Shown in pieces: positions 43,318-56,462 of a stretch of DNA of 64,000 nt. Under the pieces are notes generated by a model. The model was not told where the DNA came from, made no database searches, and saw only the letters and a program-made list of their open reading frames with translations. Within the stretch, counting starts at the first letter, position 1. Each line of letters begins with the position of its first letter. The translations under genes and the position numbers were made by a program. The DNA lies in the NCBI RefSeq assembly GCF_009914755.1, contig NC_060929.1; one strand, given 5' to 3'. Origin of the DNA: the human T2T-CHM13v2.0 reference genome, Homo sapiens.

Positions 43318-44105
43318 TGCTGGCAGTGGAACATGTCTGAGTCACTCAAGCACCAAAGTATGTTATCAGCAGCGAATCTGTATGAGACCACAGTAACCTC
43401 AATTCTTGCCTCCTCAGAAGAAAAAATTCAACTGAAGGGCATAAGGCAGAAGGAGAGACCAAGGCAAGTTTTAGAGTGGGAGTGAATGTTAATTGAAAGC
43501 TTTAGAGCAAAAATGAAAAGGAGGAAAATACACTTGAAAGCGAGCTGAGTAGGCGACTTGAGAGATGAAGTGCAGGTCTGACCTTTTGACTTCGGGCTTT
43601 ATATGTTGTCATGCTTCTGGAGTCTTGACTTCCTTCTTCCCTGATTGTTCTCTTGGAGTGGGGTGTCCATGTGCAGTGGCCTGCCAGCACTTTGAAGGGG
43701 CTGCATGTGCTGTGTATTTACTGGAGTTGTACGCAGGCTCACTTGAGGCTTTCTTCTCTTACCCGTAGAATGTCCCTAGAAGGTCATATTCCAGTTAAAC
43801 TCTGCCATTTCACCTCTTAATAAACATGCCTGAGCCCACTCACCCAGGTGCTGCAATCTTATTGGATTAATTCATATACTCCATTCTTCATTGCTGAAAA
43901 AAACCTGATCACCAGTTTTAGGTTTTTTTCTGTCTATTGGGAGACAGCCTTTCCCTGGTGCCTGCTGTCATCAATTATTATTTTAGAAGAACAGTTTAAT
44001 AACTGCCTATGCATCACTTGATGGTTGTCTGACATTCCTGGTGGTGGGTTGTGGGGAGAGCCCTCTCCTACCCTGCTCATTTCTGACTAGCTATCTACTG
44101 TAACA
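43318..44105 (-). mobile_element. MER50/LTR9-like solo LTR
   Basis: TG...CA termini and perfect TSD cttt (43314-43317, 44106-44109). Homologous to 33489-34233. Confidence 0.85.
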
Positions 44106-44526
44106 CTTTAAGTGAAAAAAAAATGCACAAATCTCTGTGGTTGGAATTTTCTGTTATTTGAATTAAAAAAACCAGAGATGTTTTCCAATATTCATGTGAG
44201 TCAAATATTTCACTGAGTGTGATGAAAACAGGCTTTATTTCCTCTCTAACTGGTAAAAATATTAAAACAAAATTTGATAGAATGAAATCTATAAACAAAT
44301 TATAAAAACAAAATTTGATAGAATAAAAGCTCTCTCTTTCTTTTGTATTAGATGAAGAAACCAAAAATATGTGCTTTAACTGCCGATATATACCCTCTTT
44401 TCAGATGGGTAACCAATCTTCAGCCTGCACTCTTCTTGAGTGCATCCTGAATCCCTGAGACCCCCTTGGTCCTCAGATTCTGGAGAGAGGAAAAAATGCC
44501 TTTTCCTCCTCTGTCCTCTCTTCCAG

Positions 44527-45961
44527 ATGGTTAAGCAATCATCTTCAGCATACACTCCTCTAGAGTGTATCCTGAATCACTGGGACTCCTTTGACCATCA
44601 GACTCTTGAGAAAAAGTGCCTCATATTTCTTTGCACATAGCCATGGCCGAATTATGTTCTGCAGAAAGGAGAAGCATGGCCTCAAGAAGGAAGCATAAAT
44701 TTCAATACCATCCTGAAGCTGGACCCTCTCTGTAAACATGAAGGCAAATGATCTGAGGTTCCATATGTGCAGGCTTTCATTGTCTTGCAGGGTAATCCAG
44801 ACCTTTGCCAACACTGTAGGATTGATTCAGTCCTCCTAGTGGCCATCTCAGGAGAGGCTTCAGGGAACTAGGGAAGCAAACCCCAGAGGTACTTCCAGCA
44901 GGAGATTCAACTCCCTTCACTCCTCCCTATCCAGGTCCTCTCTCAAGCTTGCCCCAGCCTAGAAATCTTTGTTTTAGGCAGGTCCCAGTCTTACTCCTTC
45001 CCCCACAACATATGCCTAGTGAATGTGGCCCCATTAAGATCTAGGTCCCCTTTTCTCTACAGGATTTAAGGAAAATTAAGGGAGATCCTGGCAAATTTTT
45101 AGACCATTCTGACAGGTATATAGAGGCTTTCCAGAATTTAACCAAAGTATTTGAACTCTCTTGGAAGGATGTTATGTTACTTTTGAATCAGACCATGACT
45201 ACCACGGAAAGGCAGGCTGCCCTGCAAGCAGCAGAGACTTTCAGGAATGAGCTTTGTATCTCATAAAGTGCCAGGGAAGGGGATGAGCCTCATCCAATTG
45301 GAAGACAAGAGGTATCATTGGAGGACCATAAATGGGACCACAATGATGAAGTGAAAGAACAGAAGAGGCAACACTTTCAGGTGTGCATGCTGGAGGGCTA
45401 ATTGAAGAACTAGAACTAAGTCTCTCAGTTACCCCAAACTATCCATGATACACCAGGGATTGGGTGAGAATCCCACTACCCTCCTGGAAAGGCTAACAGG
45501 GGCCTTGGTAAAGCACACCGCTCTATCTCCTGATTCAGTCAAGGGACAACTGATCCAAAAGAATAAGTTTATAACTCAGGCAGACCCTGATTATCAGGAG
45601 GACACTTCCAAAACAGTCTATAGGAGCAAACAGTACTTTAGAGAACCTCCTAAAAGTGGCCACCTCTGTTTTTACAATAGGGATTAGGAGGAAGTCCAGA
45701 AAAGAAAAGAAATACAAGAATAAGGCAGAGTCTCTAATAGCTGCCATGTAGGCTCACAAACCCCAGAGTCTCTGACATGTACCTATTATCGGCTACAAAT
45801 GTGGCAAGTCAGGGTACTTTAGGAAGGACTATCCAGGCAACATGAGAAAGCCACCTTGACCCTGTCCAATTTGTAATGGGAACCACTGGAGGGTGGACTA
45901 TACCCAGAGACACAGGTCACTTGGTCCAGAGCCAGTCTCCCAAATGGTCCAGCAGGACTGA
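44527..45961 (+). pseudogene. ERV gag relic
   Basis: TPLECILNHWDSFD; QGLGENPTTLLERL..AL.KHT (MHR-like); zinc-knuckle relics (KCGKSG.., CPICNGNHW); ends cagcaggactga. Confidence 0.85.
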
Positions 45962-48530
45962 CTGGTCTTGGAGCTTTTCTCCCTGGCTTTGGTGGTTCAG
46001 ACCACCATTACCATCCAGACGTCCCAGTTAATTCTGGGAGTTGAAGGGAGGAAGACGGACCTCCTCCTGGACACCAGAGTGGGCCTTTCAGTTCTCCTCT
46101 CCAATCCAGGCTCCCCTTCCTCTCTTAGCATGACTGTGAGGGGTGTTTCAGGAAATCCTTTACCCTGATATTTTTCCCAACCCCTTAGTTGTAGTTGGGG
46201 AGACTACTTGTTTACTCATGCCTTTTAAATCATGCCTTAAAGGCCAACTCTTTTGTTGGGCAGGGATATTTTGGCTTGTATGAGAACCACCATCCTTATG
46301 GCTCCAGGACAAACTCTTTGTCTCCCCCTAGTGGAGACCGATATTAGCCCAGAGGTTTGGGCAACTCAAGGGAAAATTGGCTTAGCCACAACTGCCACAC
46401 TGGTCCAGATCCATCTTAAGGATTCTACCTCCTTCCCTAAGCAGAGACAATATCCCCTAAAACCAGAAGTTATAAAAGGACTAGAAGCCATCATTGATAA
46501 CTTGAGAATGCAACATCTTCTCAAACCCTCCAACAGCCCTTCTAATACCCTGATATTCAGGGCCCAAAAACCCAATGGGGAAGGGAGACTGATCCAGGAC
46601 TTCTGCCTCTTTAATGAAGCTGTGGTTTCAATTCACCCAGTGGTTCTCAATGCCTATACCCTGCTAACTCAAGTACCTGAGAGAACTAAATGGTTCACAG
46701 TCCTGGACCTAAAGGATGCCTTTTTCTGCATTCTGCTACAACCCAACTCCCAGTATTTGTCTGCATTCAAGAATCTCTCCAACAAGGCCACCCAGCTAAC
46801 CTAGACAGTGTTACCTCAGGGATTCCAAGGCAGCCCCCATCTGTTTGGGCAGGCATTGTCAATAGATCTGAGTTTCTTTATCCTCAGGTTAACATTTTAC
46901 AATATGTAGATGACATTCTCCTTCATGCCCCCACTGAGGAATTATCTCGGGGGGACAATAAGGCTCTTCTTAATTTTCTGGCTAACAGAGGATATAAGTT
47001 CTCAAAAGTAAAGGCTAAGCTCTGTCAGACTTCAGTGAAGTACCCAGGTATAGTCTTGTCAGAGGGTACCAGGGCACTAGGTGAGGAAAGAATCAGGCCC
47101 ATCTTCTCCTTTACCCTCCCCCAACCCTCAAGCATCTGAGGGGATTCTTGGACATTACAGGATTCTCCAGACTAAGAATACCTGGGTACAGTAAAATAGC
47201 TCATCCCTTATGTCACCTAATAAAGGAAACTCAGCCAAGACACATTCCCTAACTTGGGAACCAGAGGCTTAAACGACCTTTGACCAATTAAAACAAGTCT
47301 TGCTTGAAGCACCAGCCCTCAGTCTTCTCATTGGGTAGATGTTCAATCTTTATGTCTCAGAAGGGAAGGGAATGGCCCTGGGAGTTCTAAGCCAGGTCTG
47401 AGGTCCAGCCCAGCAGCCTGTAGGCTAAGTAAGTAAGGAGCTTGATTTGGTAGCTAAAGGATGATCAGCCTGCCTCCAAGCAGTTGCAGTGGTACCAGAG
47501 GCTACTAAGTTAACCATGGGGAATAACTTAACAATTTATACCCCACATAATTTGGCCGGACTGCTGTCTTCTAAGGAGAGTCTCTGGCTAATGGACAACT
47601 GCCTCCACAAATATCAGAAGGATCTTCAATCCAGTTAAGAACTAATCCCTTTCTAAACCCAGCCATCTTCCTCCAAGAGGAAGCTGGGGATCTTAAATGT
47701 GAGTATGAACAAATAGTAGTACAAACCTATGCCATCATACAGGACCTAAAAAAAAACCTTAGAGAACTCAGACTGGACTCTTTTTATGGACAGAAATTCC
47801 TTCGTAGAGCAAGGGATCCATAAAACATAGTATGCAATAGTCACCCTGAATGACGCTATTGAGAGTGCAGCTCTCTCCTCGGCACAAATGTTCAACTAGC
47901 TGAGCTAATCGTCCTCATGAGAGTGCTTGAATTAAGCAAGGGGAAAGCAGTTAACATTTATCCTGATTCTTATTATGCTTTCCTAGTCCTCCATGCCCAT
48001 GTCATTATCTGGAAAGAGAGGGACTTCCTCACAGCTAATGGGTCTCCCATTAAATACCATCAGAAAATTAACAGACTATTATTCTCAGTCTTCTTTCCAC
48101 AGGAAGTGGCAGTAATACACTGTAAAGGCCACCAAAAAAGGATGGATGAAATAGCTGAGGGAAATATGTTGGCAGACAAAGCATATAAATCAGCAGTGAA
48201 AGGGCCCCAGATTTCTGATGCACTTGAGACCCCTCTGATCTGAGAGGGCTCCTTAAAAGAAATAAAACCTCAGCATTACCCTGTGGAGATAGAATGGGCT
48301 GCCTCTTGGGGATACACCCTTCAGTGTTCAGGATGGCTGTAATCAGAGGATGGCAAGCTTCATCTACCAGCTTCCAGCCAATGGAAAGTTCTTAAAATCT
48401 TCCACCAAGCCTTCCATGTAGGAACAGAATGGGAGGGACCTTACACTGCACTTCTTTCTACTCCTATGGCAGTAAAGGTCACTGGAATAGGTTCTTGGAT
48501 TCATTGTGCTTGAAAAAAAGGCATAGGAAA
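45962..48530 (+). pseudogene. ERV pro-pol relic with integrase core deleted
   Basis: Protease LLDT..LSVL and LLGRDIL; RT LDLKDAFF, LPQG and YVDD; RNase H IYPDSYYAF..HCKGHQK; integrase C-terminus WEGPY..LSTP.AVKV.GI.SWIH. Confidence 0.9.
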
Positions 48531-48889
48531 CTGACAAAATTACCTCTGCTGATTCAGGAGTGCAGTAAATAAATCATGGACCTCAAACTAAACATTATAA
48601 AAGATAAGTGCTAACAATTAACCCTCCATGGATATCCTATACTTACTGATTTCACTTTTGTTCTGTTCATCACCATAAGACATCTTTGTCAAGAACCCCT
48701 TAATCCTGAACTCCCCGGGGATTATCTACTCCCCTAAACAGTTATTTCTCTTTTAATGTTTAACTGCCCCCACACAAGATTGAGCTTATTTCACCAGGGT
48801 GAAACAGCTCCAACCACAACATTGTTTTCAGAATGATTAGTTTATTTTAATTCTTATTTCTGTTATCTTTGGCACTAGATTTTTTTTCC

Positions 48890-49110
48890 TTCACATACTT
48901 AACCTCCTGTAAATTGTGTTTATCTTCTTGCATAGAGGTCATTAAGCTCCAAGTGGTCATGAGACTAGAGCCTCAAACAATGGCTTCCTTCTTACCAGGG
49001 ACTATTATATAGGCCTCTGAGAGAGATCTGACTGCCCCCTTCCCCAAAACAATGTGCTCTGTCAGCAGGAAGCAGTTAAGAACAGTCTTCATTTCTATCT
49101 TAATGGCAGT
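48890..49110 (+). pseudogene. env TM cytoplasmic-tail remnant
   Basis: aacctcctg...atagaggtcattaagctccaa (IEVIKLQ) resembles the HERV-W/HERV9 env C-terminus. Confidence 0.55.
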
Positions 49111-49136
49111 TAGGTGTACATCTTCAGTGGGGGGTT

Positions 49137-50811
49137 TGATGGCAGTGGCTGGAGTGGCTGCTGTGAAGACACCAGTTGCAGAAGGGGACATGTGGCTGGC
49201 ATTGCATGCTCTGCAGAGCCGGCAGGGGTCAAGAAAATGTGAAGCCCTGCCCCCTACTGACTAGGTGGGGCAGGAGACCCATGCTCCTGGGTACAGCTGC
49301 AGCCACCCAGCACAACTCTGGACCTGGGCATCCCTGTTCTCTCAGGGACCCAGGAAGACCCTGCTACCCCCACAGGTTCTGAAGTACCTGTTCCCACTCC
49401 CTGGCCTCCCCCTGCTCCTGGTGTCTGCTCCAATAAGAGCAAAGTTGTAGCTGAGCCCAATCTGGCAAGGTGTGCACACACCCAGGGTGGTGCTGACATG
49501 CCAGACCCCTGCTGCCTCAGACTCCTCCAGACTTCAGGCACTGACAAGCATGGAAGGGAGACCAGGGGTGCTGAGGGCAGCTCGGAGTGGGCCTGAAAGC
49601 ATCCCTTGGCCCAGACAGCCAGGGCCCTGCAGACAACATGTTGATGATGACAGGAGGCAGTCACATTCCTGGATGGAAAGGGGCGGCTCCCCAGTGAAAC
49701 CCCTCCTTCAAGCTAGGAACAGCCTGAAGCCTGGAGGCCAGGCTGCCACTTCCAGGTGGAGTCTGAGGCCCAGAGTGAGAACTTATGGTCCTTTTTCCAG
49801 GCCCACTCATGGCTGCCTATGGACCAGTCAGCATGCACTTTCTCTTTTCTGAGCCCATAAAAACCCCAGACTCAGCCAGATTCACACAGATGTCAGAAGT
49901 TCCAGCTGCAGAAAGGAGCTAGCCAATTTGGATCTCCTTGACTCATTGGGACAACCTGCTTGGGGAAAGGAGCTACTCACAACAGGTCTCCTCTCTTCTG
50001 AGAGCTGGACATTTGTTGGGAGAACCTGCCTGCGAAAAGGAGCTACCCACTCCAGGCCTCCTCTCCGCTGAGGGCTGCACTCGTCAGGACCACCTGTCTG
50101 CAGAAAGGAGCTACCCACTTTGGATCTCATGAGACCTGTTCTGTTGTTTAATAAAACTCCTCTCCACCTTGCTCAACCTCCAGTTGTGCACATACCTCAT
50201 TCTTCCTGGACACAGAACAAGAACTCGGGACCTGCTGAATGGTGGGACTGATAAAGAGCTGTAACACAAACAGGGCTGAAACAGGCATGCTCACCCCCGC
50301 TCACCAAATTCTGGGTGACAAAAAGGAGAGAAGAGCTGTGGCCCTTCAGGAAGCCCAGACCTAGGGGCTCCCCAAGCCAGGGCTTTGACACCCTCTTTGG
50401 GGCTCTGTGTTTTCTGGCATCTCCAATATTCTGGGTTCCATTGCATTCCCCTTTTCCACATGTGGGTGCCCACAGCAGAAGCTGCTTGTGGGTGCATCTG
50501 ATCCAGCTTCAGGCTTGCACAGAGCTGGTGCCTCTGCCAGCACCTGGAGCTGCCTGCCCCATCACAGCAGCCAGCACGCCTGGCTCTGTGTAGTGGGTGG
50601 ACTCTGCACTTGTTGCTCATGTTTCTTCACTGTTCCACACCTTGCTTGACCTTGGCGGGTGTGGAATCCAGGCCAGTAGTGTGAGCCAAACACAGCCTGC
50701 CAGGTTGAGTGGGTGAAACATGCACAGTGGCCCCTAGCAAAACTTGGGCAAAGGTGTCACTGGCCACAGAGGTTTCCAGCTGGAAAATGACACCCGAAGG
50801 ATCTGGTGATA
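49137..50811 (+). mobile_element. MER52-type 3' LTR (~1.7 kb, GC-rich)
   Basis: Starts tgatggcagtggc after the PPT. Internal gcagaaaggagctacccact repeats (49908-50120), aataaa at ~50150, ends ggatctggtgata. Confidence 0.88.
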
Positions 50812-51276
50812 CTATCTCCTATCATTCCTAATGTATCTAGAATATATTCTGTTTTTTCATTCCAAATTTATGATTGATTTTAGTCCAAATCTCATTATTT
50901 TTTGCTAGGACTATGACAACGGCTTTCTAAATGGTCTATCTCTGTTTTGGTTTTTCCAGTTTTATGTACTCTAATCATGGTCTTCATCACTTCTCTGCTA
51001 AGAACATCAATGGTTACACACTGCCTGAGTATACTATTTTAAGTTATTTAGTCTGTCAAAATGCTCCACAATCTATTGTTAATCTACTTTTCTTAGCCAT
51101 TACTTTTTTCCTTCAAATATCTTATTCCTTGTCCACCCTACAATATTTCCCATGTATACCTCACCTTGTTTTCTGTGTTTCTTTGCCCACTCACTTTCCT
51201 TTTCTGAGAAAGGAATTTGCCAAGTCACTCTATTAAAAAAATCCTCTATATTTTATGAGTAGCATAGGTACTCTGT

Positions 51277-51622
51277 TGATATGGTTTGGCTGTGCCCCCA
51301 CCCAAATCTCATCTGGAATTCCCATGTGTTGTAAGAGAGACCCAGTGGGAGGTAATTGAATCATGGGGGCAGGTCTTTTCTGTGCTGTTCTCATGATAGT
51401 GAATAAGTCTTATGAGATCTGATGGTTTTACAAGGGAGAGTTTCCCTGCACAAGTTCTCTCTTCTTTTGTCTGCTACCATGTGAGACATGACTTTCACCT
51501 TCCACCATAATTGTGAGGCCTCCCTAGCCACATGGAACTCTAACTCCAATAAACCTTTTTCTTTTGTAAATTGCCCCATCTCAGGTATGTCTTAATCAGT
51601 AGCATGAAAACAGACTAATATA
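51277..51622 (+). mobile_element. THE1B solo LTR
   Basis: tgatatggtttggctgtgcccccacccaaatctcatc...cagactaatata with perfect 5-bp TSD tctgt. Confidence 0.93.
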
Positions 51623-51849
51623 TCTGTAATTTATATCATTCCCTGAGTATGCCAAATCATTTCATGATTCCATATATTGATAATGCTTATTATGATTGAA
51701 TGTTCTTTCTATAATTTTCTAGCCCTGTGTAAGAAACAGGTCAACTGTTTCTTCTGCAAGGAATTGTGTTTTACCCAGGTGAAACTAGCGTCATTCTTTT
51801 CTGTATTCCTAATGAAAGATTGTTTTGTTTTTTGTTTTGTCTTTCTTTT

Positions 51850-53000
51850 TCCTGCTTATTAGTTTTATTTATTTTTCTTGGCCTCATGCATTGTCCCAGA
51901 TCTCCATGACAATATTGACAGAAGTAAGAACAACAGAAAATTATGTCTCATTTACTACTGTCAGGAAAAATATTTCAATATTTTATCACTTGATATCATA
52001 TTGGCTGTAGACGTTCTAAAGATATCCTTTTATCAGATTAAGCAGTTTTCCACTTATTTATAGATTGCTAAGTGTTTATTTAAAGTACATTAAAATTTAT
52101 CAGATACTTTTTCCGTCTCTATTGAGGTGATTAATTAATATAATTTTCTCCTTTATTCTGTTCAGGTAGAGGATTATATTGATTTATTTTCACATGTTAA
52201 AACAATTAGATATTTCTAGAGTGAGACTTCGCACTGGGTTCACTTAGATAATATTTTGGTAAGATTTTTGTATCTTTGTTTGTGAGAGAAACTAACATAT
52301 AATTTTCATTTTTGTAATGTCCTGTTCAGATTTTAAATTTTAGGTTATACTGTTTATATAAAAAATATGAAGCAGTCTTAATCTGTTATGCTCTGTAAGG
52401 GTTTATTAAAGTTGAATGTTTTCCTTCCTTGGAAGTTTGGAAGATTCAACAATGACACTCTCTGAGTTTAAACTTTTCTGGTAAATAAATGAATTTAGAC
52501 ATTTAGTTTGTCTTTGATGTAATACTATTTATATCTTTTATTTTGTTTTTGATAGTTTTGGTAAGATGCATTTTTCCAGGAATTCTCCATTTTATTTATA
52601 TTTTTAACTTTAAGAGAATAAGTACATAATATATTTTAGAAGTTTTAAAAATGTCCATAAAATTTATAATGTCTACTTTTTCCACTCCCAATATTAGTTA
52701 TTTATTGGCTTTTTATTGCTCTTTTCAGATAATTTTGTATTTTATTGATATTTCAATGAACAAAATTTTGGCTTTGTTGAAACACTGTATTTTAATTAGT
52801 TGTCTATAACTTTGATTATTTCTAATTTTTAATATTTCATGCTTCTGCATTCTTTGGGTTTGACTTTTTCTGTTTCTTAGCTTTGAAATGAATATTTAGA
52901 TTATTGATTTTTCTCTACTAGTATTTTTTAATATAAACATTTCAGAATGTATCTATCTGACTAACCATGGTTTTAACTACATCTCACATGGTTAAAATTG
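51850..53000 (-). mobile_element. Very old L1M ORF2 relic
   Basis: Diverged antisense ORF2 motifs (ttttatcagatactttttcc.tctattgag). Confidence 0.55.
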
Positions 53001-53009
53001 TTTTATACT

Positions 53010-55598
53010 CTTTTTTATATTTTGTTTTTAAATGACACATAATAATTGCACATATTTATGGGGTACAGTGTGATGTTTCAATACATGCATACATTGTGTT
53101 ATCAAATTAGGTTATTGAAAATATACATTGCCTCATATATTTATCATTTATTTATGGTAAGAACACTCAAAATCCTCCCTTCTAGTTATTTTGAAATATA
53201 CAATACAATGTTGTTAACCATAGTGCACCCTACTGTGTAATAGAACACCAGAACTTACTCCTCCTGTCTAACTGTAACTATACCTGTTGACCAATCTTTC
53301 TCCATGTTGTCTCCTCCCTACCTTCCCCAGCCTCTGGTAACCTTATTCTAGTCTCTACTTTTATGAGATCAATCTTTTTAGATTTCATATATGAGTGATA
53401 TGCTGTGACTTTTGCCTTTCTTTGTCTGGCTTATTACACTTAAAATAATGTCTTCTAGGTTCATCCATGTGGCTGCAAATGACAGCATGACATTCTTCTG
53501 TATGACAGACAGCATTTTATTATTTATATAGACCATTTTTTCTTTATCCATTCATTTGGTGATGGACACTTAAGTTGATTCTATATCATCACGGTGTGGA
53601 TAGTGCTGCAAAAACATGGGAGTGCAGGTATCTTTTTAACATACTGATTTTATTTTCTGTGGATATATATGCCCAGTAGTGGGATTTCTGGATCACATGG
53701 TAGTCCTATTTTTAATTTTATGAGGAACTTCTGTACTGTTTTTCACAATGGCTGTGCTAATATACAGTCCCACTAACAGTATATGAATTCCTCTCTTTAC
53801 ATTTACGCACTAACATTTGTTATCTTTTGTCTTTATGATAATAGCCATTCTAATTGGGGTGAGGTGAAATTTCATTGTGGTTTTGTTTTTCATTTCCTTT
53901 ATGATTAGTGATGTCGAGCTTTTTTTTATATGCATCGGCTATTTGTATGTCTTCTTTTGAGAAATGTCCATTCAGATCTTTTGCCTATTTTTTATTTTTT
54001 TTTTTAACTTTTAACTTTTATTTTAAGTTCAGGGGTACATGTGCAGGTTTGTTAAATAGGTAAACTTGCTTCATGGGGGTTTGTTATACAGACTATTTCA
54101 TCACCCAGGTATTAAGCCTAGTACCCATTAGTTATTATTCCCGATCCTCTCCCTCCTCCCACCCCCCGACCCTCCAATAAGTCCCAGCGTGTGTTGTTCC
54201 CTTCTATTGTGTCCATGTGTTCTTATCATTTGCTTCCACTTGCAAGTGACAACATGTGATATTTGGTTTTCTTTTCCTGTGTTAATTTGCTACAGATAAT
54301 GGCCTCCAGCTCCATTCATGTTCCTACGAAGGACATGATCTCATTCTTTTTTATGTGCCCATTTTTAATTAAATTATTTGCTTTTTAAAATTGAGTTATT
54401 TGAGCTTCTTATGTATTCTGTATGTTAACTCCTTGTCAGATACATAGTTTGCAAATATTTTCTTCCATTATGCATGTTGTATGTTCACTCTGTTGACTGT
54501 TTCCTTTGCTGTGCAGAAGTTTTTTAGTGTGATGTAATTTTATTTGTCTATTTTTTCTTTCGTTGACTGTGAGTTTGTGATCTTATTCAAAAACTTCTTG
54601 CCCAGATCCTAATGTCATGAAGCGTTTTCTCTGTTTTTTTTTTTTTTTTTTTTTTGGTAGTTTTATTGCTTCAGGTCTGACATTTAAGTCTTTAATCCAT
54701 CTTGCTTGTGTTGATTTTTATATATGGTAAGAGATAGGGATGTAGTTTCATTCTTCCACATATATCCAGTTTTCCCAGCATCATTTACTGAAGCAACTCT
54801 CCTTTCTTCAATATGTGTTCTTGGTACTTTTATCAAAAATCTGTTGGCTGTAATGCATGGACTCATTTCTTTGTTTTCCATTGTGTTCTATTAATCAATG
54901 TGTCTATTTTTATGGTAGTACCATTCTGTTTTGGTTACTATAGCTTTGTAGTAACATATTGTAAATCTCGGCTTTGTTCTACTTGCTCAAAATTGCTTTG
55001 GTTATTTGGGATCTTTTGTGATTCCATACAAATTTTAGGATTACTTTTTCCATTTATGAGAAGAAAGTCATTAGTATTTTTACAAGCAATTCGTCGAATC
55101 TATAGATCATTTTGGATACTATGAGCATTTTAACAATGTTAATTCTTCAAATCCATAAACACAGGATATTTCTCCATTAATATGTGTCCTCTTCAATTTC
55201 CTTCATCAGTTTTATAGTTTTAATTGTAGAGCTCTTTCACCTCCTTGATTAAACTTATTCCTAGCATCTTAATTTTTTATACCTATTGTAAATGAGATTT
55301 TTTTTTCAGATTGTTTACTACTGTATATAGAAATGCTATTAATTTTGCATGTTGACTTTGTATCCTGCAACTTCACTGAATTTGTTTGTTAATTCTAATC
55401 AGAGTCTCTAGGACTTTTAGGAGTCCTTTGAGTTTTTTATGTATAAGATCATGTGGTGGGCAAGCAGGAAAAATTTAACTTTATTCTTTTCAATTTGCAT
55501 GTCCTTTATCTCTTTCTTTTGTCTAATTTCTCTTGTCTCATTACTCTGGCAGGAATTCCAGTACTATTTTGAATAAATAGTGACAGTGGACATCCTTT
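53010..55598 (-). mobile_element. L1MA-type LINE, 3' ~2.2 kb
   Basis: 3' end ataattgcacatatttatggggtacagtgtgatgtttcaatacatg followed by antisense ORF2. Confidence 0.85.
53990..54355 (-). mobile_element. Short L1PA13-16-type 3' end nested in L1MA
   Basis: ttaagttcaggggtacatgtgcaggtttgtta...catcacccaggtattaagcctagtacccattag with TSD tgcc(t/c)attttt. Confidence 0.85.
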
Positions 55599-56028
55599 AA
55601 GTTTGGTCTGATAATTCCAAGGCTTGTTCAATCTCTTCAAACTGTGTTTATTGCATTTCAGTATGCTTGGTAGTTTTTTGTTTTTGAAAGGCAGAAATAA
55701 TATACTGTGTAAAACGAACTACAGTATATAGGTCTTTATTAATACAGAGTTAAGAAGTTGTGGGGAGAGATAAAACATTCTATCATCCTATATTAGGACT
55801 CAGGCTTTTGGTGAGCCTGTGCACTTGGACTGTGAACTTAACAAGGACTTGAATATTTTCCACCCCTAGGTGATGCAGCATGAGTGGAGGGAGTTGGAGG
55901 TGAGTACTTCCTAACTCCTGAGGAGATTAGGCTCTGATGTAGCCCCAGCAAGTTAGGCTCTAGCAAAATAGTGTCTCCTAAGAGCAGGCTTTTTAAAGAA
56001 GAGCACGATGGTGTGCTGTATTTCAAAC
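55599..56028 (-). mobile_element. Inverted 5' segment of the L1MC-like element
   Basis: Collinear with the minus-strand L1M 5' region at ~5190-5600. Confidence 0.65.
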
Positions 56029-56367
56029 CGCAGATTCAGGAAACAAAAGAACATGAAGCAGGATAAACGCAAAAAAAAAAAAAAAATTAAAAAAACTACA
56101 CCTAGGCATAATATATTCAAATTTCAGAAAATCAAAGCTGAAGGAAAAATATTGAAAAGAGCCAGAGGGAAAAAAATGCCTTCCCTGTAATGGAGTAAGG
56201 ATAATAATTAAATCTGACTTGTCAAAGCATACAATGAAGAGAAGAGTGGAGTGAAATATTTAAAATGTAGAGAGAGACCAAAACAACAACAAAAAAATCA
56301 CACACACATACACATAAAAAAAAAAACTAACAGAATTTGTATCTTGAAAAATTATCCTTCAAAAGTG

Positions 56368-56460
<93 letters not shown>

Positions 56461-56462
56461 TT
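56368..56462. repeat. Compound (TG)n(TA)n(T)n microsatellite at an Alu tail
   Basis: Visible directly: about 16 TG, about 21 TA and about 20 T. Confidence 0.95.

Larger units (their letters stand above)
44370..49136 (+). mobile_element. Class I ERV internal region (MER52-int/HUERS-P3-like; HERV9/HERV-W-related gag-pol), no 5' LTR
   Basis: gag, pro, RT, RNase H, partial integrase, env tail and a polypurine tract agtggggggtt before the LTR. Confidence 0.9.

Noticed and set aside
43318-44105. This LTR as the 5' LTR of the adjacent ERV
   Set aside because: Opposite strand, different family from the 3' LTR and flanked by its own TSD.
49137-50811. GC-rich ORF cluster as a gene or CpG island
   Set aside because: It is a MER52 LTR and CpG-poor. 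The internal tandem repeats are a normal family feature.
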